Assembly (NCBI RefSeq): GCF_001194135.2 | Contig: NC_068982.1 | Coordinates: 161,977,043-162,041,042 of the forward strand | Direction of reading: 5' to 3' | From: Octopus bimaculoides | Taxonomy: Eukaryota | DNA length: 64,000 nucleotides | Shown here: positions 28,091 through 40,900 of the stretch, piece by piece | Layout of the letters: each line of letters begins with the position of its first letter | Position numbering within the stretch: the stretch's first letter is position 1 | The notes under the pieces: generated by a model | The model's database searches: none | Seen by the model: the letters and a program-made list of their open reading frames with translations, nothing else | Told to the model about the DNA's origin: nothing | Position numbers and translations under genes: made by a program

Positions 28091-29169
28091 ATGCATACCT
28101 GCCTGCCCCCTTTCTCTCTCTCTCTAATATCCTGCACTCCATGGTGAAGATTCAGGGAATTAATGCTTCAGTGAATCAACAATTGCATGGGATAAAATCA
28201 TGTATAAGTATGTAGGCACTGTCCAAAGAAACTGTGAAGTAGCATTGCAAGTGTTTCAACAAACTAGAATGACCTGGTGTACTATCACAGATTAATACCA
28301 AAAAATAGAAATCTTATTATTCTTTGTAGGTGGCAGAATCATAGCATGCCAGACAAAATGCTTAACAGCATTTTTTACAGCTTCATGTTCCTAGTTCAAA
28401 TGCTGTTGAGGTTGACTTTGCCTTTCATCCTTTCATAAAATAAGTACCAGGGTCCTAAAATTACTGGCCTTGTGCTGAAATTTGAAACTAGTTTTCTTCC
28501 TAGAAACTTGTGTGCTCCACATTTGTGCAATGATAGAAGGCTGGGGCATCCATTGCCCTTGTATTGTATGCTAGAGTTTCAGACTAACCATCACCCAGAA
28601 TTTTTTTTTCCTAATTTTTTTTCATATTTGTGATTTAAGCGTCAGAGATGGAGATCATGATTATAGAGAAACAGAAAAGTTCAATTCTTCCATTTTGTCT
28701 GTTTTGAAGTGTACAATTTGTGTCTTTTTATAAATTTTCAAATTAGTTTTGAAATGTTTTTCTCTTTATTGGCCATTGCTATCAATGATTTTTCTACATT
28801 ATTTCATTTTTGGAAAAGTTGCTTGTCATTAAAGGTCTCTTCTGAATGGGGGTATGAGACATTTTGGTATAGCCATTTTGGTACTGCCTATTTGGCATTG
28901 CTGACTTTGGTATTCATTGCTGACTTTGGCATTCAGTACTGACTTATTTGACATCAGGTGTTTTAATCTTCCAATTCTCCCAGCCCTGTCACTCTCTTTG
29001 TTTATATCTAGGAATATCTAGTTACGTTTGTATAACACATCTGACTATGGATCAGAAGATTTCAGGTTTGTATCCTGGCAAGCTTGTATACCTGTCTCCC
29101 ATGATTGTGCTGCGTGAAAAGCATCTGTGTTGCTGTCATGTAAAAATTACCCCAGCCAGTTCCATATAG

Positions 29170-29345
29170 AAAGCACCCATGCTGGTGCCACATAAAAAGT
29201 ACCCAGTACGCTCTGTAAAGTGGTCGGTATTAGGAAGGGCATCCAGCCATAGAAACTATGTCAAAACAGACAGATGAAGCTGATGCAGCTCCTGTCAAAC
29301 CCATGCCAGCATGGAAAACAGATGTTAAATGATAATGATGATGAT
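29170..29345 (+). mobile_element. RTE 3'-tail copy
   Basis: attaggaagggcatccagcc...atgccagcatggaaaacagatgttaaatgataatgatg. Confidence 0.75.
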
Positions 29346-29445
29346 TTTCGAAATTATAGAGTTACATAGCAGATTATAAGTCTAGAAAAAAATTATTAAA
29401 TATTTTGGTTTTGGGTTTAGAGTTGTGATTAGGGCATAGAATTAA

Positions 29446-29881
29446 ACTCTTTTACTTGTTCCAGTCATTTGACTGCGGCCATACTGGAGCACTACCTTTA
29501 GTCGAGCAAATTGACCCCAGGACTTATTCTTTGTAAGCCTAGTGCTTATTCTATCGGTCTCTTTTGCCAAACCGCTAAGTTACCGGGACATAAACACACC
29601 ACCATCAGTTGTCAAGCGATATTGGGGGGGGGGTGCAAATACAGACACACAAACATATACACACACAGACATATACACACACACACCTATACACACACAC
29701 CCCTATATACATATATACGACGGGCTTCTTTCAGTTTCTGTCTACCAAATCCACTCACAAGGCTTTGGTTGGCCTGAGGCTATAATACAAGACACTTGCC
29801 CAAGGTGCCATGCAGTGGGACTGAACCTGGAACCATGTGGTTGGTAAGCAAGCTACTTACCACACAGCCACTCCTGCGCCT
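29446..29881 (-). mobile_element. Composite tRNA-derived SINE with an internal microsatellite
   Basis: Minus strand: tRNA-like head (gtggctgtgtggtaag...ggttcagtccc), cttgggcaagtg core-like block, (GT)n, then gatagaataagcactag block and short tail; same layout at 34505-34875. Confidence 0.8.
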
Positions 29882-32460
29882 ATTATGGTTAGGATTTAAG
29901 CTTAAGATTTAGTTATGGTTAAAAAGAGAAAAGAAGATTTTTTAAATTCCATTCAATTCACATGCACGCTCACACACACACAGTTGTATTTTCCTGTGGT
30001 TGAAACAGAAATCCAAAGTAATAATGATGAAAAAGATGTAGATGTTACTTAGTCTGAAACTTCTTTGTTTATCAAAAAACATTGTATGGCACTAATATTA
30101 ACTTGTACAACACTAAGTATTTTAGCTAGTCATATATAATGCACTCAACATCTATTTATCTAGATTTGTTTTCGTAAAACTAAGATTATCAATGCATCAT
30201 TAATGTTGCACCTAAATCAGTAACAACAATAATAATAATAATAATAATCCTTGTGACATACTTTTATAGATATACATTTATTAACTATCTCTAATACCCT
30301 ACAGATGAAAGGCCACTCTTTCTTAGTGAATTCTCCCCTATCATAGATAAATTATATTATTTCTTATATTTTAGTACTTATAGTTAGTTATTAACCCATT
30401 CTAGTTATTTTAATTTCCTGGATAATCCTCTCTCTTTCTCTCTGTTTCTTTCTTTCTCCATCTCCCCTTAAAAATTAATATTTAGTACGCAAGTTCAATA
30501 TAAGTTTTCTTGTATTTTCTTAAGTGTTGCCAACAAGACATTTCATTCTTTCTTTCCTACTGTGCAATCTGTTTTACTGTAAACTACATATTTATGCGAA
30601 GCTGTTAGTTTCATCACCATGCAGTATCTTTACAACTTGATACCATTGTAAAGGTTATTTATTTATCTACATCTATTTTCATTTCTGTTAGTTGGTATAG
30701 ACACATGCATACACCTAGACAAAAGATGAAGTGCTAACCTATATTGTGTTCAGATCAACAACAGAACACTATTCAACTGCATTAATTATATTACGATGAA
30801 ATATTTTAAGTTATTCTCATCAAAGCTATACATAAAATATAGCAAGCTCAATATAGAATTATTATATCATGTCTTTAGTGTTTTCAAACACTACATACAG
30901 AAACAGTTTGTTACTATTTTTAAGGAATGAGCTTTGTGGAATTTTCTAAAGAAATGTGTAGCTATTTTTAAGGAATTAGCTTGTGGAGGTTTCTACAAAT
31001 TACTAAAACACAATATTATTCTATAAGAAACCTGTTTGTGTCATTAAACTCTGAAGTCCTATTTATATGGAACTACTTATTGGAGAAATCAAATGAGTCA
31101 TAACCATGTCTTTGTAAAACAAGCTAGTGAGAAATTAATATGCCATATATCATCAAGTTACATTTTAGTTCAGCACTGATTCAACTAGTGGGAAGAAACT
31201 TGTGGGTGTTAATCAAGGGTTTTTTCAAATTGTACCAATGTCTTAATTCTATTGTTAATTTGTCAGTATATGAATGAAACACACTATTCTCTAACTTAAA
31301 TTCAATTCTGTCAAGTTATTTACAATTTCTCCCACTTAACCATTTCCGAGTCTTTCCTTGTCTTGTTTTACTGATTTCAAAATACCCAATATTTAAAAAG
31401 CATAAAAATGAAAATATTTAGAAAATTTAAGCATTTATTGGCAGGATTCTTCCGGCTCTTTATGTTGAGTTCAAATGCTTCTTAAGGTTTTGTCTTTCAC
31501 TCTTCTAAGGTCAATAAAATAAAGTACCATCAACCCACTGGTGTTAATGATATTGACTAACTCTCTCCTTCAAAATTTTGGATTTCATGCCTAAATTTCA
31601 AGCAATCTAAGAAGCAGAGAGGGTACTAGAGTAGTACAGTTGGTAAAATGCCTTTAGTCTTTTGTTGCATTCTGAGTTTAAATCTACTGGGGTCAGATTT
31701 TCCTTGTCGTCCCTCTTGGGTAAATAAATAAGTACTGGTCAAATACTATGGTCCTGTGCCAGGTCACTTATCTACCATTATTAAATTTTATTATTACTGT
31801 TAAGAATGAGTTGATAATGATGGAGCATTTTTATATTCCAATCTTATAAAAATTGAAGAAAAATCTGTTTTTGATCTAAAGATATATATATTATTCTTTA
31901 AATTGGATGAAGGCGTTGGCATATTTATTATTATTATTGTATCTTTTGCTGATGTTCTTACACTAATGCCACTTTTCTTGATCCATAATCGTATGAAACA
32001 GTCATTAAGCCGGATTAGAAAGCTGTTTTTTTTTCTTTCTATAGATTAACTCTTCAAATAGTACTAAAGGTGAACTAAACATATGTACTGTATACTATAA
32101 TGAACAATTCATTTGCTGTGGCTCTGCTACTTCTACAAAAGCTCACTGGAGAAAGAATGATATTATTAGAGATACTTTGACCAATATCACTGGGATTCCA
32201 TTATAGTTCATGGTTTATTACTTTTTAATACTTATGGAATGTAACAGAAGGCATTGATCACACTTTGTACTCACCACCATCATCACCATCACCATTATCA
32301 TCATCATCATCATCATCGCCATTATCATTATTTGAATGAATTTCTTGTGTAGTTGTTTTATATTTTTTCTAGATTTTCTAACAAGGTGTGTGTACTGCCA
32401 CAACTACCAGGGACAATGTTATGAGATATTCATACCTAGAACCCACACTTAAGTGCTCTC

Positions 32461-32505
<45 letters not shown>

Positions 32506-32515
32506 NNNNNNNNNN
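32506..32515. other. 10-N gap inside (CT)n
   Basis: Run of N. Confidence 0.99.
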
Positions 32516-32556
<41 letters not shown>

Positions 32557-34504
32557 CACACACCCACATGATTTGTATATCTATATGAAAAATGTAATCT
32601 CCTCTAATTATGTTGCTTGTGTGTATGTATTTGTTGTTTAACCGTGAATGATGGATAAACTACAAAAAATAAATACACAGTGTAAAATTTAGTGCTCTTC
32701 TCTTTGTATACTTATCTTCTGTGTGTATGTTTGTGTTTAACATATGTAGATACAAGATAATTTACTAATACTAGGTAAATATTTCCAATTGTATTATTCT
32801 GCTTTTGATACTTTCTTGATCCCCTGTACTCCATAATCTGATATATTTGTAGTGCTTCAATTTCTATCAAGGTGAACCCTCTAACTCTCTTCTGATCCTT
32901 TCACCTGCCATTCACCTATGTTTGTGTGTCTAAATAAATACATACAGGTGCAGGTGTGTGTGCATGCTCACACACACACATACACTGAACTACTTGAAAT
33001 TGGATATAGATTGTCAAAATATTGTGTATTTATTAAGCTGAAAGTTCATATTTATAACTCTGAGATTTATGTCTCTGATTGTCAAACAGAATGTGTGTGT
33101 GTGTGTGCGAACATTCCTTTGTCTCCTACATCATCAAATCACTCAGTGTGGGTGTGGCAGTTACTGTCTATAGTACTTATCTCTGATGGTGTATATCTCA
33201 GTAGCAAAGTGCTTGGAGTTTATGTTAATGATGATGCTGCTGCTGCTATTTTTGTGTGGCTTTATTTTGTTGTATGTTTGTTTGGGATTGAGATGGAGGT
33301 ATAGTGTTCTTAATATTGAGTGAGTTCTTATCCACCTGGCATCAACTTCACATATTTCTTCCCGCTGTAGCTGATATTTAAAATAACTAGTTGAGTATTG
33401 TTGCCCCCAAATTTGTTGTTTGTGCCTAAGACAGAACTTGTTCTGTGTTGAAATCCTGCTGACGTTAGGTTTGCTTTTCACCCTTCTAATGTCAATAAAA
33501 AAAGAACCGGTCAGCTACAGAGTAGATTTAATCAGCTGTCCCCACTTGCAGTGTATGACCTTGGGACACTATTAAATAAAAATCATTATGAGTGGCAGAG
33601 AAGAGCAAAGTATTGGAGTAAAAGTGTAGTTTTTAGTTATAGTTCAGACACTCTGGCATTTTATTATGCTCGTTTAGATTCTGAGGTCAAATCCTGCTGA
33701 GGGTCAGTTTTCTTTGTAATCAATAAAATATATGCAAATGAAGTAATGGATCTGATGTAATTTGTTATAGATTTCTCACAAACTTTTGGTCCTGTACCAT
33801 CACAAGAAATATTTTCATCATAATCATTTTAAATGACTTGTTTTACAAATCCTTACTTATGAAAGAAATCCTTATTATTAAGAGTGAGGGACTGATAGAT
33901 TCAACAGAGTGCCAAGTACATCAGTTTTGCATAGTTGTGTGATTTATGTTATTTTCTTGGGTGGTGCTTATGCTTTTTGTGTGCTGTGTGATTGATGTTG
34001 TGTTTTAGTGTTGGACAGTGTTTTAGTGTTGGAGTATGTGCTTTGTGAGATGTGTTATATTATTGGATAGCAACTGAGTTTTTGGTTTTATAGTGTCAAA
34101 TATTGATTATGTAAAATTAAATATTGTGTTATTGTACTAAGTAGTGATTGTGTAGATTATGTATTGCATGCAGAGAATATAGTATTTGAATTGTGGTATT
34201 GAATTAAAAGTCTCTTGTACATGGTGTGTGGTTTGTGCCTGTAGGGCTCTCAATTTGACTGTGAACCCTGGTATAGTTTATATATATCATATTGCTTCAA
34301 TTATTACTGGTTACTTTCTTTCACCCTGCTTATTTCAGTTTCCAGATCCTTGTGCTGTGACATTTTATCTCCCTCTCTTAGGCAATGTTTTAGCATGACA
34401 CTAAAGATATCTGTTAGAGTACAGACATTTACTTTTCAGTTCATGTTTATTTTATTTGGACAGTTTGCCTTGGATCTCTTTGTTAATCTGGATAGGCATG
34501 TCGG

Positions 34505-34685
34505 CAATTTTTAACTTTTATTTGTTTCAGTCACTAGACTGTATGAGGGCACCACCTTAAAGAACTTTAAGTGAAATGAACCAGCCCCCAGCATTTTTTT
34601 TTAAAGCCTGGTACTTATTTTACTGGTCACTTTTGCTGGGGATGTAAACACCAACACTTGTTATCAAGTGGTGGTGGGACACAGG

Positions 34686-34716
<31 letters not shown>

Positions 34717-34875
34717 ACATGATGGGATTCTTTCAGTTTCCATTCACCAAATCCACTTACAAGGCTTTTGTCAGGTCAAGGCTATAGTAGAAGACACTTT
34801 CCCAAGGTGCCATGCAATGGGGCTGAGCCTGGAACCATGTGGTTGTGAAGCAAACTTCTTACCACACAGTCACAG
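34505..34875 (-). mobile_element. Second copy of the composite SINE
   Basis: Same block order as 29446-29881, more diverged. Confidence 0.75.
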
Positions 34876-34929
34876 TCATGCTGCAACCATGTTCAAGATA
34901 ATTGTGTTCAAGTTGTTATTACATACTGT

Positions 34930-35350
34930 TTCTGGTATATGTTTATGCATGCCAATTCCTCTCCAGTTTAATGTCAAAATACCAATATATTTATTGCCCA
35001 GTGGTCATAATATGCTGACTTGATTATGTCTCTGAATATATTTGAACTTGACAAAAACTGGGCAACTGGAGACAGTATGCTCATAACACTGATTGCATAA
35101 TCTACACCTATTGATAGTGTCTGTTTTCATTGGTTGAATTTTGTAGTAATCTGAAATTAAGTATTGGTTCTGTGTGGCTAAACACAAGCTTTTTGTTTCT
35201 GCTTTTAACCCAAAGCCTTTGTACCAATTTTTGGATCTGGCTTACTTTCTCTCTGTCAAGTTTTGCTGACATTATCACTATCATTAGTTGCCTATTCGTA
35301 CCCATGACAAAGTTAGGGCTTTCATTTGTTGGTTATTGCCCATGAAATGG
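34930..35350 (-). mobile_element. R4/Dong-like (restriction-like endonuclease) non-LTR fragment: CCHC zinc knuckle region
   Basis: ATQNQYL..Y.KI....RCRLCNQCYEHTVSSCPVFVKFKYIQRHNQV. Confidence 0.75.
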
Positions 35351-35929
35351 TTTATCTCTCTTAATGTTTGTTTCTTTCCTGCAGTATATTGTTTTGAATT
35401 CCATTGTGATTTTTTCTCTTTTGGGTCTTTTTTAATGTTCTTTGTTTGTGTTTATCTAAATCTTTAGTGCATTTTATTGTTTGTATTTCATGGTTTCCTT
35501 ATACAGAGAGAAAAACTTTTTGATCCTGTAAATGTTTTTCTTTGCAGACTCATAATAGCATCTGAGAAAATGCCTTGAGGTATTTGTTCTGGCTCTTTAT
35601 GCTTTGAGTCGAATACCATTGAGGTTAACTTTGCCTGAAAATTCCAGACATTGTGCCTATATTAGAAACAGTTATTGTAACAGAATTCCATGTTGATTGT
35701 ACTGAAAAAGTGATATCTTGAAATTTAGTGTCAACAACAACTCCCTTCAAATCTAACAAACTTTACACAAGATTCTTATGTAATAGATGACTGTTTCCAG
35801 TAATTCTGCTATTTGGGTGTCAGGAGTCTCAGTTCCAGTGTTTCCTATTTTCAGCAACAGCTACTTTGGTGTTTCCTAGTGTAACTAATGATCACAGGGA
35901 CAACTTTCACTCTCATCTCATTGGGTAGG

Positions 35930-36860
35930 TTTTCTTAGTTTTCTTCACCAACCCAAGATACTTTCCAATCTTCTTCCTTTTGTTTTTGCTTTTCCCACGA
36001 TTTTTGGATGCTTTTACTGATCCACCAAGTGCAATCTTTTATTAGAAAGATTGTTTTTTTTTTTATTTCCTTTCTCCACATTCTGTTTATCTTCATGTCC
36101 AAATCTTTATATCTGGATAATTTCTCCATTTCTTTTAATGGCACATTATTGTTTGTTTTATACATCAGTTAGGAAGCACCTGCTTTCCTTGTTGTTCTTC
36201 TCAACAACATTCAGCTGGTTAGCTATGACCTCCTTTTGTCTGGATTGACTTCAGTGTGGTCATTTTGTTGTTCTCTCATATCTTTTATTGTGTCTGTTTA
36301 CACTATCTATTTTCTCTTTGTATTTCATCATGCTTCTATAACTTCCAGTATATGAAACCCCTCACTTTGAATAGGCAGCTAATGATAATAACATGTATTT
36401 GCTTTATTGTATACTTTTGTAGATTCTGGTGGGAAGCCTTTGATTTTGTATCTCAGTCAAGAATTCTTCAGTCTCAGCTTTAAGTCCTTGAATTAGCCAT
36501 TTAGAAACTTTATTGACATTTTAGTATGTCATACTGTGATTACATTTTTCACTTAGATTTGATGGTTGCTTGTTCTTCTGTTGTAGTTGTATCTGAGTCT
36601 AGTCTGGTTCAACATGTTGATTAAAGTTGCTAGAGTCAGATAGAAAAGGAGTGGAGAGAAATTTCCCTTGGAATATTCTTCTTTTAATGGGGATGAGATT
36701 TGCTTTTATGATTCCCTCTTCTATCTATGTCTGCAGAATTGCTTGCTTTTTACTTGGTACTAGTTTAATCATGGCTCATTTTTCAGGATCCATATCTACA
36801 GAATGTTATCAAAGGCCTTCTGGTAGTTAACGTATGTCATACACAAACACATCTTTTCCT
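35930..36860 (-). mobile_element. R4/Dong-like non-LTR relic: RT piece plus RLE domain
   Basis: ..FSPLLFYLTL (RT) near 36600-36700; IQT.KEVIANQLNVV..CFLTDV and LKEMEKLSRYKDL..INRMW (RLE) near 36050-36270. Confidence 0.75.
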
Positions 36861-36949
36861 TTTATTGCAGTCTTTAGTTATGGCTTTGCTGATAAGTAGT
36901 TAATTTTTATAATTATATGAGCTACTATCTACCTCCTCCTCCTTGGCAG

Positions 36950-37507
36950 TGAACTGCCAGAATCATTACAGTATTTTTAATTCTTTATTTTCTGAGTTCA
37001 AATCTATTGAGCTCTTCTTTGCCTTTCTTCTCTGGAATTAAAATAAAGTACCAACCAAGTATTGGAGCTGATAGTATAGACTTTCTCCTTCTCAAAATTA
37101 CTGACCTAGTACCTACATTAGAAACTGTTATTACTTTCATTGTTGTTTTGTTTTATGCAAGCTGTTCAAACTCTCACCCAGAGACTTCATGTAACAAACA
37201 GCAAGTTGGATGTTTTGCTGTGGATATTAAGGGTAGCAGTGATATATTATAGGGAAAGGAGATCAAATATTTAGAATTATTATTATTATTGCTAGAGAAG
37301 CGAGCTGGTAGAATTGTTAGCATGCTGGGCAAAATGCTTAGCAGTATTTCGTCTGTCTTCACGTTCTGAGTTCAAACACTGCCAAGGTCAACTTTGCCTT
37401 TCATCCTTTCGGGGTCGATAAATTAAGTACCAGTTATGCACTGGGGTGGATGTAATCGATTTAATCCCTTCCCCCAAATTTGAGGCTTTGTGCTTCCAGT
37501 AGCAAGG

Positions 37508-37549
<42 letters not shown>

Positions 37550-37790
37550 GCTAGAGCGGTGAGCAGGCAGAATCATTAGCATGTTGGATTAAATGCTTTG
37601 CAGTATTTTGCCTGTTGCTATGTTCTGAGTTCAAATTCCACCAAGGTCGACTTGGCTTTTCATCCTTTCGGGGTCGTAAATTAAGTACCAGTGAAGCACT
37701 GGGGTCGATGTAATCAACTAGTCCCCTCCCCAAAATTTCAGGCTTTGTGCGTATAGTAGACAGGATTATTATTATTATTGTTATTATTAT
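36950..37790 (+). mobile_element. Array of Meta-like tRNA SINEs: one decayed copy plus two head-to-tail copies (about 37291-37510 and 37549-37765) with (ATT)n tails
   Basis: B-box-like gttctgagttcaaa and central gcctttcatcctttcggggtcgataaattaagtaccag, which resembles the MetaSINE/MESC domain from memory. Further decayed copies lie near 28330, 31430, 31620, 33320, 33640, 35555 (+) and 56070 (-). Confidence 0.8.
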
Positions 37791-37834
37791 TTGAAATGAT
37801 TCTTATTATGCCTTTTTTTTTTGTTTGTTATTAG

Positions 37835-37950
37835 GTGTTCTACAACAACTTAATGAAAGTCGTGCACAGTTGGAGGAACTATGGGCCACCCGCAAACGGA
37901 AATTGGATCTGTGCTTAAAATTACGTCTTTTTGAAAGGGATGCATTAGAG
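37835..37950 (+). CDS. trio: Trio exon A (116 nt, phase 1 to 0): [38 protein letters not shown]
   Basis: ttattag|GT acceptor and GAG|gtaaag donor; spectrin-repeat motif W..RK.KLD..L.LR.FE.DA. Confidence 0.92.
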
Positions 37951-40900
37951 GTAAAGAAATATTACTGATTTAAAGCACAGTTAAAAAACAATGTTGGTAT
38001 GTAGAAATTTGTGTGCTTGTGATTTGTTATATTGTAAATGTTTTATTTAAAAAGAAAAGAACATTATGATGTATATTATTTGCCCACAGAAGTAAACCAA
38101 TTCTTGCATTTGTTGTTATGTAGTCCCATGTTAGCTCACTCTTTAATAGACCTGTGAGACATTGGAAGCAAGCTGTTTGAATGTTTCGATATGACCCACA
38201 GATCATGCACAACCTTCAGGTTGAGGTCAATATTACACATGCTGACATACAGGGCCTTTGAGTGAGTGAGTGAGTGAGGTGGTGGTGGTGGTGGTGGTGG
38301 TGGGGGGACTGTAGGTATATTGCATTCTCCCTATTTGGCCAATCAGGTTTTGTAGGCTGGCTCAAGTGGTGGTTATAAGAGTAACAGACAAGGTAGACTT
38401 AGCTAGACCATGGTAATTATCTCCCTTTATCACTTATTTCCCAGTGGAATATATGCTAGCACAGTGCATTAAGTTAATGAGATTGTTAATGCTACAGGAA
38501 TTTTGATGTATATGTGTTTTTATGCATTAGTCTCAGTAGAGAGGGAGTAGTAGCAGTCAGTTTTGCTCACTTATTCCTCTAGTAGTACAAAGGTAGCTGA
38601 ATAAAGAATTGTGTTAACCATGACTACCTTGTCTCTATTGTGGAGCTTATTTCTTTTTGTTAGCTTCCAGTCAGCCCTGAATGAGTTAAACTACTATTAC
38701 AAGTGGTTCAGACATGACCATTTCAGCAAATGCAACAGATTTCTTTGGCTGACCATACATTGCTTCCAGTGTAACTAAGGATGTCACAAGACCTATTTGA
38801 CCCTCTCTCCAACACTCCATATTTCCATCTCTCATTTTTATCACTGTAGATTCCTCCTTACCATTTTAAAAGAATAATTAAGAGACCTCATTGGACCTGT
38901 GTATATCTCATACACTCTACCTAAATACCTCACTGATCATTTGGTATTGACATTCATCAGTCACTCTCACCATTTATTCACCTATTGTTATCAGTCACTC
39001 CTTCTCTCAAGTCTAGCCTCTCTAGCACAGTTACCATGATAAAACACACTCAGCATATTCTATAAAGTGTTTGGTGTTAGAAAGAGCATCCAGCTGTAAA
39101 AACCCAGCTAAAAATGAAACTTATGCACAAGATTTGATCCCCTGACCCATCTAGGGAAGCAGAAATGACTCAACCGCATCATGCCACTAGGGAAAGTGGA
39201 TGCAAAACTGTCTTTGATGATGACAGCAGCAAGAATTATGCAAGCTAATGTGTTCTTTCTGTTTTAAAACATTAGAGTGTGATTTGAATGAGATTTGGCT
39301 TATTTCTAGCATGTTAATCAACCATGTAGATGCTGTTCATTGCCTTATGGAATGTACTGTCCTTAGACCTAGGTTCTGAAGTATATTGAGAGAGAGATAT
39401 GGTTGCTACAGTAGATAAGTTCAGTGACTAATAACATCCTCTCTGGTTCATAGTTGGGAGTGTGATGCAGTAGTATATTATTTGGGGAAGGGATCTCTAC
39501 AATCTGGTTATAATTTCAATGCTGATCATCATCATCGTCATCATCATCATTTAACGTCCACTTTCCATGCTAGCATGGGTTGGACAATTTGACTGAGGAC
39601 TGATGAACCAGATGGCTACACCAGGCTCCAATCTGATTTGGCAGAGTTTCTACAGTTGGATGCCCTTCCTAATGCCAACCGCTCCTGATGTCCTTGTTAA
39701 AGCCTTTGAGACCACAGTCCCCAGTATTCTTCATGTTAAAATGAGAAGTCATTATTCTGTGAGCCACATATATATAGAGGATATAGGTTATTGTTAATTT
39801 CTTGTTTTATGGTGCCACTATTGAAAGATGTTGCAGTCAGCTGGAGCAAGTATTTCTTTTTATTGAAAATCACATCTTTTCACTCTAGATGTTCGTCACC
39901 TGAAGGTCTTTCCCTATGAGAGATCAATTGTGCAATCTAATGGAATATTTGTAATATATACAGTACTTCTGATTCTTATAGTAGTGGACTCAACCTCTTC
40001 ACGGTACCAATTTAAAGGACTACAGCAACGTAATTGAATTGATCCCTAGTGCCCCTGGACTGGCTTGTGCGGGTGGCACATAAAAGACACCATTTCGAGC
40101 GTGGCCGTTTTCGTGTGGGTGACACGTAAAAGCACCCACTACACTCTCTGAGTGGTTGGCGTTAGGAAGGGCATCCAGCTGTAGAAACTCTGCCAAATTA
40201 GATTTGAGCCTGGTGTTGCCATCCGGTTTCACCAGTCCTCAGTCAAATCGTCCAACCCATGCTAGCATGGAAAGCGGACGTTAAACGATGATGATGATAA
40301 GCTCTATTTAATGCCACTGTACTTGATTCAATCAAGGGGCATAATTTAATGGTGCCTGTTATTGTCTATTGTGTATTGTCTGTTACACATTGTATAGTTA
40401 TACATTGGTGATGTTCTAATATGTAATTGTGTGTTTGTGTGCATGCATGATAATATGTAGTGTGTGCGTTATATCTTGAAAAAAAATATGTTATAAGTAT
40501 AGCATAAGTGGCAGTAGTTCTATATATATTCTAGGTTTGTATCTAATCATTATAGCACACACCCTGCACCAACATGACAATAGAAGAACATTCTGTGCTG
40601 CCCAGGAAATAAAGCACTTAGTTGTTTGCCAATTTGCTGAATGAGAATTATGATAATTCTGCATGAATTTATTTTAAACATATTGTTTATATTATTTTGC
40701 AACAGATATACTTTTCTTTTTTACACTTAAAATTTCACTTGCATTACAATAACCCACTGTAAAAGTAACAGGATTGTTGTGGATGGAATATTTTTCTTTA
40801 ATGTTACTTTTATAGTGGGTGTATCACACACAACACACACACAACACACACAGACACACACACACACATCTTCAATCTCTTCCCACCTCTCTCTGTATGT

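Noticed and set aside
37291-37765. Repeat-spacer-like pattern (CRISPR-like)
   Set aside because: Eukaryotic SINE copies with ATT tails; no cas genes or regular spacers.
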